A DNA stretch of 64,000 bases. It comes from Octopus vulgaris. Lineage: Eukaryota. Below the pieces are notes generated by a model. The model made no database searches. It saw only the letters and a list, made by a program, of their open reading frames with translations, and was not told where the DNA came from. This document shows positions 13,291 to 26,135 of the stretch, piece after piece. The stretch's first letter is position 1; each line of letters begins with the position of its first letter. Made by a program: the position numbers and the translations under genes. The stretch covers positions 33,542,001-33,606,000 of the forward strand of contig OX597819.1 in NCBI GenBank assembly GCA_951406725.2, given 5' to 3'.

Positions 13291-14337
13291 ATGGTAGTTA
13301 TATTTTGTGTTGGTTGTTGTAGACAGGGCAGTGATGCTGGTAGTGTTTGTTGTGATGGTTGCCAATGGAGACTGCAATGGTGGCTAAGGTGATGATGGCA
13401 GGGTTGATGGCTGTAGTTGTAGTTGTGTTAGTGGTGGAGGTGGTGATTATATTTGTTAGTGGTGATGATGATGATGATGATGGTGTTAAAGTTGGTGATC
13501 GGTGAAGGTGTTTGTCGGTAGTGAAGGAGGGTGATTATGGAATTGATGATGATGATGATAAAACATTGGTAATGATGACGTTGGTGATGATGGCGCTGGT
13601 GACGAACATGAAGACATTAGTAATGTTGGTGGCGGTGGTGGTGGAGGTGTTGGCGCTGGACCGTTTTGCTAAAACTAAATGAAATTGAAAAGAAGAGAAG
13701 ATCCAGGCTGATTACAAGGAAGATTTAACTTCAAATAGAAAGACTTCAAATAAGGGTAGGGATGAGGAGGGAAGGGAGTGTTCCAATCATCTCTAATCAA
13801 TTTAACAGCTTCTAAACAACAAAGCTATTACAACTCATCATGCATTGGATCCTTCACTGAAGATAAAGAGGATTTCTTTAATAAAAAAAAAAAAATCTAG
13901 AAACAGCTGTATATCACAATATCATAAGGGATTTGTTGGTAAGGAAGGATAACATGCACCAAACATTGTGATGAACTTATGCAAGAAAAAGCCTATTTCT
14001 TTACTACCCACAAGGGGCTAAACACAGAGAAGACAAACGGATTAAGTCGATTATATCGACCCCAGTACGTAACTGGTACTTATTTAATCGACCCCAAAAG
14101 GATGAAAGGCAAAGTCGACCTCGGCGGAATTTGAACTCAGAACATAGCGGCAGACGAAATACGGCTACGCATTTCGCCCAGCGTGCTAACGATTCTGCCA
14201 GCTCGCCACCTTATGCAAGACAAGCCGTTACTGTTGTTAACCTTGGTTCAATTCTGTTCTATGTAACATTCCAATGCCATTCCAATTTTAATTATCTGAT
14301 TCTCTTGTCATTTTATCAGAACAACAGGCTCAGGCAC

Positions 14338-14735
14338 ATCATCATCATCATCATCATCATTGTTTAACGTCCGCTTTCCATGCTAGCATGGGTTGGATGG
14401 TTCGACTGGGGTCTGGGAAGCCAGGAAGCTACAGCAGGCCCAGTCTGATCTGGCAGTGTTTCTACGGCTGGATGCCCTTCCTAATGCCAACCACTCCGCG
14501 AGTGTAGTGGGTGCTTTTTACGTGCCACCGGCACAGGTGCCAGGCGAGGCTGGCAACAGCCACAATCGGTTGGTGCTTTTTACATGCCACCGGCACGGAG
14601 GCCAGTCGAGGCAGCGCTGGCAACGGCCATGTTCGGATGGTTCTTTTATGTGCCACCGGCACTGTTATCACAACTGCAATTTCCATTGATTTTTGATCGA
14701 TTTCGATTTCACTTGCCTCAACAGGTCTTCGCAGG
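14338..14735 (-). mobile_element. (ATG)n-tailed RTE-related retroposon 3' end (representative copy)
   Basis: The plus strand shows (CAT)n-gtttaacgtccgctttccatgctagcatgggttgg..ctggatgcccttcctaa with internal repeats ttttacgtgccaccggcac. Other copies at ~880-1340, 9538-9885, 38805-38990, 46622-46960, 50880-51410, and in the opposite orientation at 47700-47990 and 59595-59880. Confidence 0.8.
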
Positions 14736-15170
14736 TAAGAAGTTCGCTTTGGAACCATAGGATACCAACCACTCTGTGCTAGCTTAAAATTGATATATGA
14801 ATTGAAGTAGGTGCTAATTTTGTGTGCTTAGCTAGAACTAGGGTGCAAAGAAGTTCAACATCTCATTGGATACTAAAATACCAGCTGTGGATTTCAACTG
14901 GAAATATACGAGATGAAATACCAGTTCTTTACTCTTGCAACCATTATTATAACTATTTTGGGTGGATGGGTGGGGGAAATGTTTGGCTTTAGATGAGTGT
15001 AACACACACACACGTGCACACACACACACACATACATACACACACTGATGCACAGACAAATACACATATATACAGTTTCAGCATGAATTCAATAGTAAAT
15101 CTATTCTCTTGAATAGAAGATTCCAGGGGGTAAACTTAACATTACTAGTAGTGGGGAGGTGGTAGTAGTG

Positions 15171-15206
<36 letters not shown>

Positions 15207-15461
15207 ATAGCAGTAGTGGTAGTAGTGATGGTGGTGGTTGTAGTAGTAGTAGTAGTGATGGTGGTGGTTGTTTTGGTAGTAGTAATAGTAGTGGTGGCAG
15301 TTATGATGGTGGGAGTGGTGGTGATTGTAATAGTGGTGGTGGTGGGTGTGGTGGTGGCGGTGGGTGGTGGTGGTGGTGATGGTGGTGGTAGTGGTGGTGG
15401 TGGTGGTAGTAGTGGTGATGGTGGTAGTGGTGATAGCGATGGTTTCAATGTTTAAACTTAC

Positions 15462-15617
15462 CTTTACTTGGGGTGGAAGGCAATGCTCTATGTCCTGCCC
15501 CGTGGGGTCATCAGTAAACAGTGCAAACCCTGATTCCTTGATGTCCCGGATATAGAGTGTTTTCTGAAGGCTCTGAAGCAGTTCAGTGACAGTGGTGGAG
15601 CCATCAAAACTGACGAC
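15462..15617 (-). CDS. PLEKHH2: Internal exon D (156 nt, phase 0/0), FERM F1 lobe
   Basis: VVSFDGSTTVTELLQSLQKTLYIRDIKESGFALFTDDPTGQDIEHCLPPQVK, with the PLEKHH motif SGFALFTDDP.G.D.EHCL. Acceptor ttctag, donor GTAAGT. Confidence 0.95.
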
Positions 15618-15998
15618 CTAGAAACAATTAAAACACACAAATATTACTTTACAACAGAGAGCAAAATAGAAAACTACAGCAACAATTCTTTTACTATACC
15701 GCATATGGCTGACTCTATCCATAGTAGTACAAAAGTCACAATAGACAACCCTGCCAAACACCCCTGAAAAAATTACCTGTTTTAGATACATGGTTGTATC
15801 AACAGTGCATTGACACCTTGTATATGCCTAGTAGGTACAGGTGTGGCTGTGTGGTAAGAAATTTGTTTCACAACCACATGGTTCCAGGTTCAGTCCCACT
15901 GTGTAGTACCTTGGGCTAGTGTTTTCTACTATAGCACTGAGCCAACCAAAGCCTTGATTGGATTCAGTAGACGGTAACTGAAAGAAATATGTGTACAC

Positions 15999-16053
<55 letters not shown>

Positions 16054-16167
16054 ATTTAGGAATGGTCATTTTGCCAGTTTAACCAATAAAAACACACACA
16101 CTATATATTTGGTATTACTTTGCTTTAGCGTTATTTATTTTTTACATTAATCTTAATCTTATTTCAG

Positions 16168-16514
16168 CCAGAGTTCTTTCGTCACACTCCTGTGACTGCA
16201 TCGGTGGTCCTTTGCTTTCTTCTTTCTTATTTGTGTGTCTCTCCTTACTAACCGTCAGCCATTTTGTATTTCTTTTGTATGCGTCTTCATTTGCGCATGC
16301 ATATATCTCTATGTGCGTCTATGCTTAGTTAGTGTGTGTGTGGGGGGGATGTCTGTAATATTTGTATCTTCTGTTTATATACATTCGTGTAATTTGTTTT
16401 TGTTTTTGTTTATTCTTATTTTGTTCATGTGTTTACATCCACTTATTATTATTATTATTATTATTAAAGAATAAAGCAAAGGACCACTGATGCGGTCACA
16501 GGAGTGTGACGAAA
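16168..16514. ncRNA. Variant minimal hammerhead-like motifs (minus 16168-16207; plus 16484-16514, truncated)
   Basis: CCA-C(U/C)GAUGC(A/G)-GUCAC-AGGAGU-GUGAC-GAAA-GAAC-UC-UGG. The core deviates (CUGAUGC). Confidence 0.45.
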
Positions 16515-16807
16515 ATAAATAACACTGAAGCAAAGTAACACCAAATATATAGTGCGTGTGTTTTTATTGGCTAAATTGGCAAAATGACCATTCCGAAATG
16601 CAACAATATCTGTTTCAACAGACAATTTCACATAAAAAAATCTTGCACAACAAATATATATACATATATATATACATATATATATACATACATATATATA
16701 TACATATATATATACATATATATATACATATATATATACATATATATATATACATATATATATATACATATATATATATATTTTATTTTATTTTATTTTA
16801 TAGAAGG

Positions 16808-16920
16808 AGCTTCTACAGGACTAGAACTGTTTCATTCAAAAGAAATCATCAGGAAGCTAGGTGACACCTAGCTTCCTGATGATTTCTTTTGAATGAAATA
16901 GTTCTAGTCCTGTAGAAGCT
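16808..16920. ncRNA. Two back-to-back type-I hammerhead motifs (minus 16808-16858, plus 16870-16920)
   Basis: AGCUUC-CUGAUGA-UUUCUUUUGAAU-GAAA-(C/U)AG-UUCUAGUC-CUG-UA^GAAGCU. Stem I AGCUUC/GAAGCU, stem III CAG/CUG, GUA cleavage triplet; stem II is weak. Confidence 0.8.
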
Positions 16921-17002
16921 CCTTCTATAAAATAAATTAATTTACTCTGCTATGTATTGAGTACCTTATTTACTGTGGTTAACCCCGACTCAACCCGGGA
17001 CC

Positions 17003-17039
<37 letters not shown>

Positions 17040-17102
17040 TATTTTTCAGAATGAGATAAAAAACCAAGGGTGTGAAGATTTTAGAACATTTATAAATAGG
17101 AC

Positions 17103-17303
17103 GTCTTACAGCTGTTTTCAGGATATTTATTATATCCCTTCATCAGAGACAGTGTGAGAAAATGGTTAAGCAATAGTTGATTTAGATAAAATATGAAAAT
17201 AGTTAATTTAGATAAGATACGAAATTAAGTAATCTTAACCCTTTTCTCACAACAAGTCTCTGATGAAAGGATGTAATAAATATCCTGGAAACAGCTGAAA
17301 GAC
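17103..17303. ncRNA. Two minimal type-I hammerhead motifs (minus 17103-17150, plus 17256-17303)
   Basis: Consensus GUCU-CUGAUGA-A(R)GGAU..AUCCU-(G)GAAA-CAGCUG-UA^AGAC with a palindromic stem III (CAGCUG). Each copy differs from the consensus near the core. Confidence 0.72.
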
Positions 17304-17810
17304 CTATTTATAAATGTTCTAAAATCTTCACAGCCTTGGTTTTTTTATCTCATTGTGAAAAAAAAAATTTTATATATACACATGCTGATATATGACCTAC
17401 GTTGGACTCTTTATTTGCACGAACACCAAACCTGGAGCTTAACTATGGTCTATCCATAGCACTTACTCAGCATTACCTGACACCTTTGGGTCTTATTGAC
17501 ACCATTACCTCTCATAACCTATATATATATATATATATAGTGCCTCCTATATATATATATATATATATGGCCATTTTTCATTGTAATATATATTATCATT
17601 TTATTTCATTGTGTTTGTTTTCGCCATAGTCTTGTATGTTCATTAGCTATTCCCAGTGGCTTTCTGTCACTAGTGGCACCACCAAAATTGAACAATACCA
17701 ATGTTAAAAGTGCGAAATGTAAGGATGTTAGCTATGAATTTTCTGTTTGTTATGTTTTTGTCAAATTTTCCATTTGTTGTGTGTCTGTGAAATTTTAAAA
17801 TATATATATA

Positions 17811-18203
17811 TCTTTATATATAAAACTGTAGTTGTGTGAGTGTCTGTCCCCTTCGATTTAGATTCCTAACTACTCCCACATTTTGCGGTGCAGTTTAACC
17901 AAAACTGGGTATCTTATAGTCATGATTCATATTGAGCCCTTCTGGGTATTAGCGCGCATCTACAATGAGTCTACGATTTAAAAAATAATTTACCATCATT
18001 TTTTTCCATTTTCATGCATATTTTTTTAAAGGGAAGTAACTCTCTAAAAATGTCTACGATGAGTCAACGATTTAAAAAAAAATTTACCATCATATTTTTT
18101 CCATTTTTAATGTATTTTTTTGCTATTTTTTGGCTATAACTCTCTAAAAATGCTGTATAGTTATTTCCCTTACAAACCCGAGCAATGCCGGGCGATACTG
18201 CTA

Positions 18204-18204
<1 letters not shown>
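17811..18204 (+). mobile_element. Non-autonomous Helitron-like element
   Basis: 5' TC start, subterminal hairpin cccgagcaatgccggg, 3' CTAG, inserted between A and T inside (TA)n. Confidence 0.75.
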
Positions 18205-18244
<40 letters not shown>

Positions 18245-19413
18245 CATACACACACACATATACATAAACATATATATGTGTGTCTTAGAGTCTGTATTTG
18301 TCCCCCACCACGGCTTGACAATTGGTCTTGGTGTGTTTATGTCTCCACAACTTAGTGGTTCAGCAAAAGAGAGAGATAAAATAAATATAACACTTTAAAA
18401 AAATTATGGCCATTTCATCTTTCCTTTCATATATAACTTGTACACTTGGGCCAATTAATGGAACAGCTTACTTGTGAAATTAACATGCAAGTGGCCAGGC
18501 ATTCCTCAGGCATATGTACCCTTAACATAGTTCTCAGCAAGATTCAACATAATAAAGAATGTGACAAAGCTGGCTCTTTGGCATTCAAGTACTATTCATT
18601 TTTGCCAGCTGAGTGAACTGGAGCAATGTGAAATAAAGTGTCTTGCTCAAGAACACAACATGCCACCTGGAATCGAACTCACAACCTTATGATCATGAGC
18701 TGAATACCTTAACCACTGAGCCATGTGCCTTCTCTCTTTCATATCTATTATATAAAATCCATTCTGTCTGTCTGTGTGTGTGTCTTCTAGGATCTCGTGC
18801 ATCCTCCATCCGATTGCACTCAAATTTGATCTGTAGATACCGACGTTATCAGGGCGTATATAAGTCTTGAAAAAATTACAAAAGTCGATTCCAGGTGAGA
18901 ATGCGATTGATAAAGCCGTGGGAACGTGCATTTGTACACGCAAGTACATCAGTTTTTGCGATCGATACTATGCATATGTGAGAAAAATGCATGTGCAGTT
19001 TGCACAAAAAAACTGGCTGGCTTGAAATAATGCCACAAAATGGGATGGTCGGATAAGTTGTTTTGAGAAAATTTGGCTTATATGTTTGACAACTCAGCAC
19101 CGTCCATTGAACAGGAGGCACTTTGCTCATATAACATATAATATGACATTTTTTAAAGATAGCAGATAATGATAGCAGGAAGGCTCATGTGCTATTTCTA
19201 CTAAGTAGATGCTACCACATCGCTCTATGGGGCTCTCTATTGAATTCCATAGTGTTTATTTCAAACAAGTTAATGCTTAGTCATTAAGAACTTAAACAAT
19301 AACAGATTGTTAATCACTAATTACAATTTGCTATTCCTTCAGACTAACAAGACAATCAGTCTTTTAGGTTAACATATTCCTTTCTATGGTTTTACATTTT
19401 TGATATGCACTTT

Positions 19414-19458
<45 letters not shown>

Positions 19459-19613
19459 AGAGAGACATGCATGCATACCTGCTCATTCACACACAGACTC
19501 ATACACATACACCTGATGTCACGGAAATACAGTTCTAAATTTGGTTGTTTTGTCTCAGTCAACAATCTGAGAAGCATTTCATAGTTAATGAGTTTTGCAT
19601 ACAAGGGGAAGGA

Positions 19614-19658
<45 letters not shown>

Positions 19659-19919
19659 GAAGGGAGAAGGGGAAGAGAAATAGAAAAAAGTTGACATGGA
19701 GATGAGAATAAAAGGAAGGAGGTTAAGAGATAGTTGTGGCATTAATTATTGAAGAAATGGTCTGTAAAATACTGTTAATTAAAAATGAATAAGCAAGATA
19801 TTTGAAATTCATAAAAAGAAAAAAAAGCATCTTAATTGTTCTACAAGAAGAAAATTTTGCTGTAAATATACAGGGAGTGAAATACAGTCAAACAATAAAA
19901 CTCAAAAATGAACACACAT

Positions 19920-19965
<46 letters not shown>

Positions 19966-20281
19966 ACCACCGTCATCATCAGTGACAGCATCATCATCAT
20001 TATCATCATCATTAAAAGTTAGTAAGGCAACAATCTGGCAGAATTGTTAACACATGAGACAATATGCTTAACAGAATATCTTCCAGCTTTGCATTCCGAG
20101 TTCATATGTCACTGAAGGTGACTATGCCTTTCATCGTTTTCGGGGGTTGAGAAAATAAAGTACCTGTCGGACATTGGATTGAATGTAATCGATTCCCCCC
20201 TCCCCTAAAAATTCCTGGCATTGTGCCAAAATTAGAAAGAATCATTAAAAGGCAGTGGGTTAGTAGAATGGCGAATCACTA

Positions 20282-20517
20282 AAAGGCGGTGAGCTGGCTG
20301 AATCGTTAGCATACCGGGCGAAATGCTTAACAGTATTTCATCTGCCATTACGTTCTGAGTTCAAATTCCGCCGAGGTCAACTTTGCTTTTCATCCTTTCG
20401 GGGTCGATAAATTAAGTACCAGTTTATGCACTGGAGTCGATGTAATTGACTTAATCCTTTTGTCTGTCCTTGTTTGTCCCCCTCTATGTTTAGCCCCTTG
20501 TGGGCAATAAAGAAATA
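20282..20517 (+). mobile_element. tRNA-derived SINE family 2 (representative copy)
   Basis: Head ggcggtgagctggc(a/t)gaa, B-box-like gagttcaaattcc, body gactttgcctttcatcctttcggggtcgat. Other copies at ~8580-8800, 9265-9477(-), 10735-10915, 13995-14212(-), 20025-21165 cluster, 32583-32790, 39098-39312, 42935-43150(-), 45305-45537(-), 55185-55370(-), 58086-58280, 60735-60960. Confidence 0.88.
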
Positions 20518-22561
20518 AGAATGGTAAAAGTATCAGATGAAATACCTTGTGGTATTTGTTTTAGCTCTTTATGTTCTGACTTCATATCTCACAGATGCCA
20601 AATTTTGCTTTTCATCCTTTTGGGTTTCATAAAATACTGGTCAAGTACTGAGGCTGACGTGGTCAACTAATCTCTATCCTCAAAATTGTTGCCCTTGTGC
20701 CTAAATCAGAAGCCATTATTGGTGAGCTGGCCGAATTATTAGCATACCAAGCAAAACGCTTTGCAGTATTTCATTCATCTCTACGCTCTGAGTTCAAATT
20801 CCACTGAAGTTGATTTCGCTTTACATATTTTCAGGATTAATAAAATAAGTACCAGTTGACCACTGGGGTGAGTGTAATAAATAACCCTACCCTCAAAATT
20901 GCTGGCCTTGTGGCAAAATTTGAAACCATTTATTATTATGATGATGATGAGGTAATGAGTTGGCAGAATTGTTACAATGCCAGGTAAGATACTTAGTGGC
21001 ATTTTGTCTGTCTTTGCATTCAAAGTTCAAATTCTACTGAGGATGGCTCTGCTTTTCATCCTTTCAGGGTCAATAAATTAAGTAGCAGCCAACTGCAGGT
21101 TTTGAAGTAATTGATTAGCCCTCAACCCAAAAATTTCAGGCCTTCTGCCTATAGCAGACAGCATTACTATTATTATTATTATTATTGTTATTCATTGCTA
21201 ATGAAGTACTGTATTTTTGTCAGCCTTCTTTCAAAGCAAGAATTTTACTAGCTGAAACATAAATTTCACCAAAAATGTTCACATCAGATAAATTAAAGTA
21301 GTTTGGAGTCTCTTCTTAGAAAGGTTAACTATAAGAAGGTTCGTGTTTTATTTTTGGACAAATTTTTATTTTTTTTTTTTGTTTTTATGCCATTGATACC
21401 AAAAAATGGTCATGAACATTTCATACCATGCCTCCAAAAACGAAAAAGAAAAACATACAAAATAATATATTTCATACACAGAAACCAACCAAAAAGAATG
21501 CTAATTTAATTGCAATGCGAAGTATTGATAATATTCCCAGACAAAAGAAAATAATTATTTAACTCAACTGAGTAAAAATCTTGTCGCTACCATTGCCACC
21601 ACCACCACCACCACCACCACCACCACCACCACCACTACCACCACCACTACTACCACCACCACCACCAACAACAACAACAGTATACATGTAATGCTTCAAG
21701 TGTAAATATGAACAAGAATAAATTGACTTTTACTAGTTCAACTGGAAAATTCTCAATATGAAACATTTTCTTGTGAGAACAAAAGCCTGAAAGTATTTCG
21801 CGCACGGAACTGGGGTCAGCCTTTCATAAGTAATTATAGATGCTCATGAGAAATGAAAAATACCATAATTCTGTTTTGTGAAAAGAGCAATGTGTTTTCA
21901 GATCCTAATCAAACTTGAATTGGAGAAAGCTCTGGCAGAGATTTTAAATGCAATATCCTTCAGTTGAAGAGGGAGGGTGTATAGCACTTAATGAGGTATT
22001 TTTAAGAGGGTGAGGCAATAACCTAAACTGAAATAGTATATGAGACACTTACCCATAAGCTAGTTCCACAGTATTTGGGGAGGAGAAACACAACAGTCAT
22101 CATCAGAGGTACTGCTGATGATGTCTACTCTGGCTAGTAGTCACCTTCACAGTAAAATAGGTGCAGATGGTAAGTATAGACGAAACATTGATGTGTGATC
22201 AGGTGGAATCCCCATGGACACACAAGTCCTCATGACCCTGCAAAACCACAAACTAATACAAGGAGTGTATCTTGTAGAAGGTATGATAGAAAGAACTGAA
22301 GCCTCAGCATACAAAGTGGATGACCAAGCTGTTACATATATACTCTTTTACTCTCTCTCTTTTACTTGTTTCAGTCATTTTGACTGCGGCCATGCTGGAG
22401 CACCGCCTTTAGTCGAGCAAATCGACCCAGGGACTTATTCTTTGTAAGCCCAGTACTTATTCTATCGGTCTCTTTTGACGAACCGCTAAGTGACGGGGAC
22501 GTAAACACACCAGCATTGGTTGTCAAGCAATGCTAGGGAGACAAACACAGCAGACACACAA

Positions 22562-22594
<33 letters not shown>

Positions 22595-23144
22595 CATATA
22601 TACGACAGGCTTCTTTCAGTTTCCGTCTACCAAATCCACTCACAAGGCATTGGTCGGCCCGGGGCTATAGTAGAAGACACTTGCCCAAGATGCCTCGCAG
22701 TGGGACGGAACCCGGAACCATGTGGTTGGTTAGCAAGCTACTTACCACACAAAACTTTCAGCACAGAAAATCTGGAGGAATAAAAGTAACAATGAGAAAT
22801 CATGGAGGCTGTCAGTACTAGGGTGGTGCTAGATACGACTTGTGAGTCAGGAAGTGAGACTGTCCTGTCCTCATTATCAGGAGAAGAAAGCTATAGGACC
22901 CAAGAGAAACTCAACTTCTATCCACAAAGAATGCCTACCACAGCAACAACAATAACTAACACAAAATGACCAAGAAACACCCTCTACTTCTCTTGCTGTT
23001 GGTGGTGTTTTATTTTAACCAATTTCTTGAAAGACTCATTTTGCATTGGAGTTAAACTGTTTTTTTGTTCAAAACAATCTTTGGAATTCCTTCATGCCAG
23101 GAATATCTTTGCTATTTAGCAACATTTCAATAATTCTTTCAATT

Positions 23145-23447
23145 CACCAACAACAACACTGAACACCTTTTTGATCTCCATGTGTCTAACACACGTGGAC
23201 ATGCCTACAAAGTCAGAAAACAACACAGCTCCCATGACTTTCGGAAACATTTTTTCACGCTCAGAGTTGCTGAAGCATGGAATAAACTGCCTGTGTCAGT
23301 TGTTGACTGCCATGACACTGCATCCTTTAAGGCCCTCATGCTTTCCGAAATCCGCCGAAACTACACCTGATTATATATACACTTTAGATGAGTTGTAGTG
23401 CACCTGAGCACTGTACACAATTATTATCATTATTATTATTATTATTA
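23145..23447 (+). mobile_element. Short 3' fragment of the same CR1-clade LINE
   Basis: Near-identical to 43933-44222, with an (ATT)n tail. Confidence 0.85.
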
Positions 23448-23865
23448 ATTTAGGTAGATCTTTTTTGTCATTATCCTCCTCATCATCATCATTTGTAAAG
23501 TTAGAAATAAATACCTAATGACCATTTCAACTGAAGCCAATACTTTTCTGAAAATACTGAATGCCACTGGAACTGAAGACAACAAAAATGAATAAGTATA
23601 TATATTTGTTCATTTTACACCCATTTTCCTATACTGGCATGGGTTGGACAAATATGTTATATGAAGTATCATTGATTTACAGTTGGATCCCCTTCCTGTC
23701 AATAAACTTCATCTGTTTCCAAGTAAGGTAATATTTTAGAAGACACTTGCTTTGGGTACCACAAAGTAGGACTAAACCTGGGACTGTGAGGTTGGGAAGC
23801 AAACTTCTTTCCATGCATCTATGTCCACACCTGTAGCAACTCTCGTGCCTATAGTTACATCTCTG

Positions 23866-23945
<80 letters not shown>

Positions 23946-24335
23946 TATACAGATATATCATCATCATCATCATCATCATTTAGCGTCCGTTCTCCATATG
24001 TATACATATATATATATATATCTATATATATATATATCCCCGTGACCAACCAGGCTATCAGATGTTGCTACACATCGCTGGTCACAATGCGTTTCGCATT
24101 GTTTTAGCATTCAAATGACGCCACCCCGCTGGCTAAGTGAGCAGGCCAACAGAAGAAAGAGTGAGAGAAAGTTGTGGCGAAAGAGTACAGCAGGGATCGC
24201 CACCACCCCCTGCCGGAGCCTCGTGGAGCTTTAGGTGTTTTCGCTCAATAAACACTCACAACGCCCGGTCTGGGAATCAAAACTGCGATCCTACGACCGC
24301 GAGTCCGCTGCCCTAACCACTGGGCCATTGTGCCT

Positions 24336-24413
<78 letters not shown>

Positions 24414-24872
24414 TACTACATAAAAAAAAAAATATATATATATATATTTATGTAGTCCCTGTGTAGCAAGTAGCTTGTCTAACAACCACATGGTTCCGGG
24501 TTCAGTCCCACTGCGTGGCACCTTGGGCAAGTGTCTTCTACTATAGCCTCGGGCCGACCAATGCCTTGTGAGTGGATTTGGTAGATGGAAACTGAAAGAA
24601 GCCTGTCGTATATATGTATATATATGTATATGTATGTGTGTGTGTGTGCTTGTGTTTGTCTCCCTAACATTGCTTGACAACCGATGCTAGTGTGTTTACG
24701 TCCCCATCACTTAGCGGTTCGGCAAAAAGAGACCGATAGAATAAGTACTGGGCTTACAAAGAATAAGTCCCGGGGTCGATTTGCTCGACTAAAAGCGGTG
24801 CTCCAGCATGGCCGCAGTCAAATGACTGAAACAAGTAAAAGAGTAAAAGAGTATATATATATTTATGTAGTC

Positions 24873-24940
<68 letters not shown>

Positions 24941-25292
24941 ATATGTATATATATAAAGGAGATTTTTTTTAAAAATTATTTTTTTAAAAGAAAGTTATAA
25001 AGTCTTTTATCAGGATGTTACCTTTTTTGAAAGAAGTTTTATTTTCTAGTGTGTGAACGCTTTCGATTAATCTTTTCAAATACATGTGCTCTTAGTTAAC
25101 TAAGAGCAAGTAGGTTTGGAAAGGTTTATTGAAAGCGCTCGCATACTAGGAAAAAAACTTGTTCCAAAAAAGGTAAGTACCATCCTGATAAAAGACTTTA
25201 TAACCTTCTTGTAAAAATTTTTTTTTTTTAAATCCCCTTTATACTTAAAACTTGTATTAAGTAATTTTCACAAAGACTTTCAACTATATATA

Positions 25293-25335
<43 letters not shown>

Positions 25336-25452
25336 AAAAAAACTGATGTTTTTGTATATACAAATAAACATCCAAAATTCCACTCGAATCCTGAACATGT
25401 TAACAGGATCTCCCTAATGACAAAGTAAACTTCATATGATCAAGGAATATTT

Positions 25453-25537
25453 GGCCTGAAGAATAGCTTGTAATCTACTCCTCATTTGGACAATTTACAA
25501 CTTCTGAGGTTCTGCTAGCTATAAAACATACGTAACC
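25453..25537 (+). ncRNA. Decayed type-I hammerhead motif
   Basis: GGC-CUGAAGA-AUAGC...GCUAU-AAAA-CAUACG-UA-ACC, where AAAA replaces GAAA. It lies between ~27-bp inverted repeats (25353-25379 / 25562-25590). Confidence 0.5.
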
Positions 25538-25771
25538 TGGAGTTTATCTTCTCCGTTCCCTAATTTTTGGGATGTTTATTTGCATATATAACAACCCTTG
25601 TTGCTAACCATGAACTATAAACTTAACTTTTTACAGCTTATCATACTTCAATATGGAAAAAATTCACAACCGCTAAACCACTATTGCTTCTGAAAATTGT
25701 TTTTTTTATATCTTCTACAGATTGCTTGAAGCTTACTAACTTCCTACACCTTGATCCTTGGATCTTACCTT

Positions 25772-25816
<45 letters not shown>

Positions 25817-25916
25817 TTAGAGACAAAACCACTATTTTGCAAAAAATTTTACTATAAAATTGGATTTAATCCTAAATCTGATTTTTTTTCCCTGTAAATT
25901 TGGATTTATTCCCTAA

Positions 25917-26041
<125 letters not shown>

Positions 26042-26089
26042 CGGAGATGTACTTGTATAGCAAGTGATTTGATCTGAGATTGTGTGCTG

Positions 26090-26135
<46 letters not shown>

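Noticed and set aside
11913-13392. Long ORFs (440 aa Thr-rich mucin-like, 279 aa Val-rich, 244 aa His-rich)
   Set aside because: They are translations of a (GTG)n/(CAC)n compound microsatellite that is open in several frames and lies in an intron.
17605-17650. Minus-strand CUAAUGA-ACAU..AUGGC-GAAA resembling a hammerhead
   Set aside because: The core is mutated and no UH site or stem I can be assigned; too weak to call.
22094-22125. Small hairpin containing CTGATGA on both strands
   Set aside because: There is no downstream GAAA, stem II or stem III, so it is not a hammerhead.
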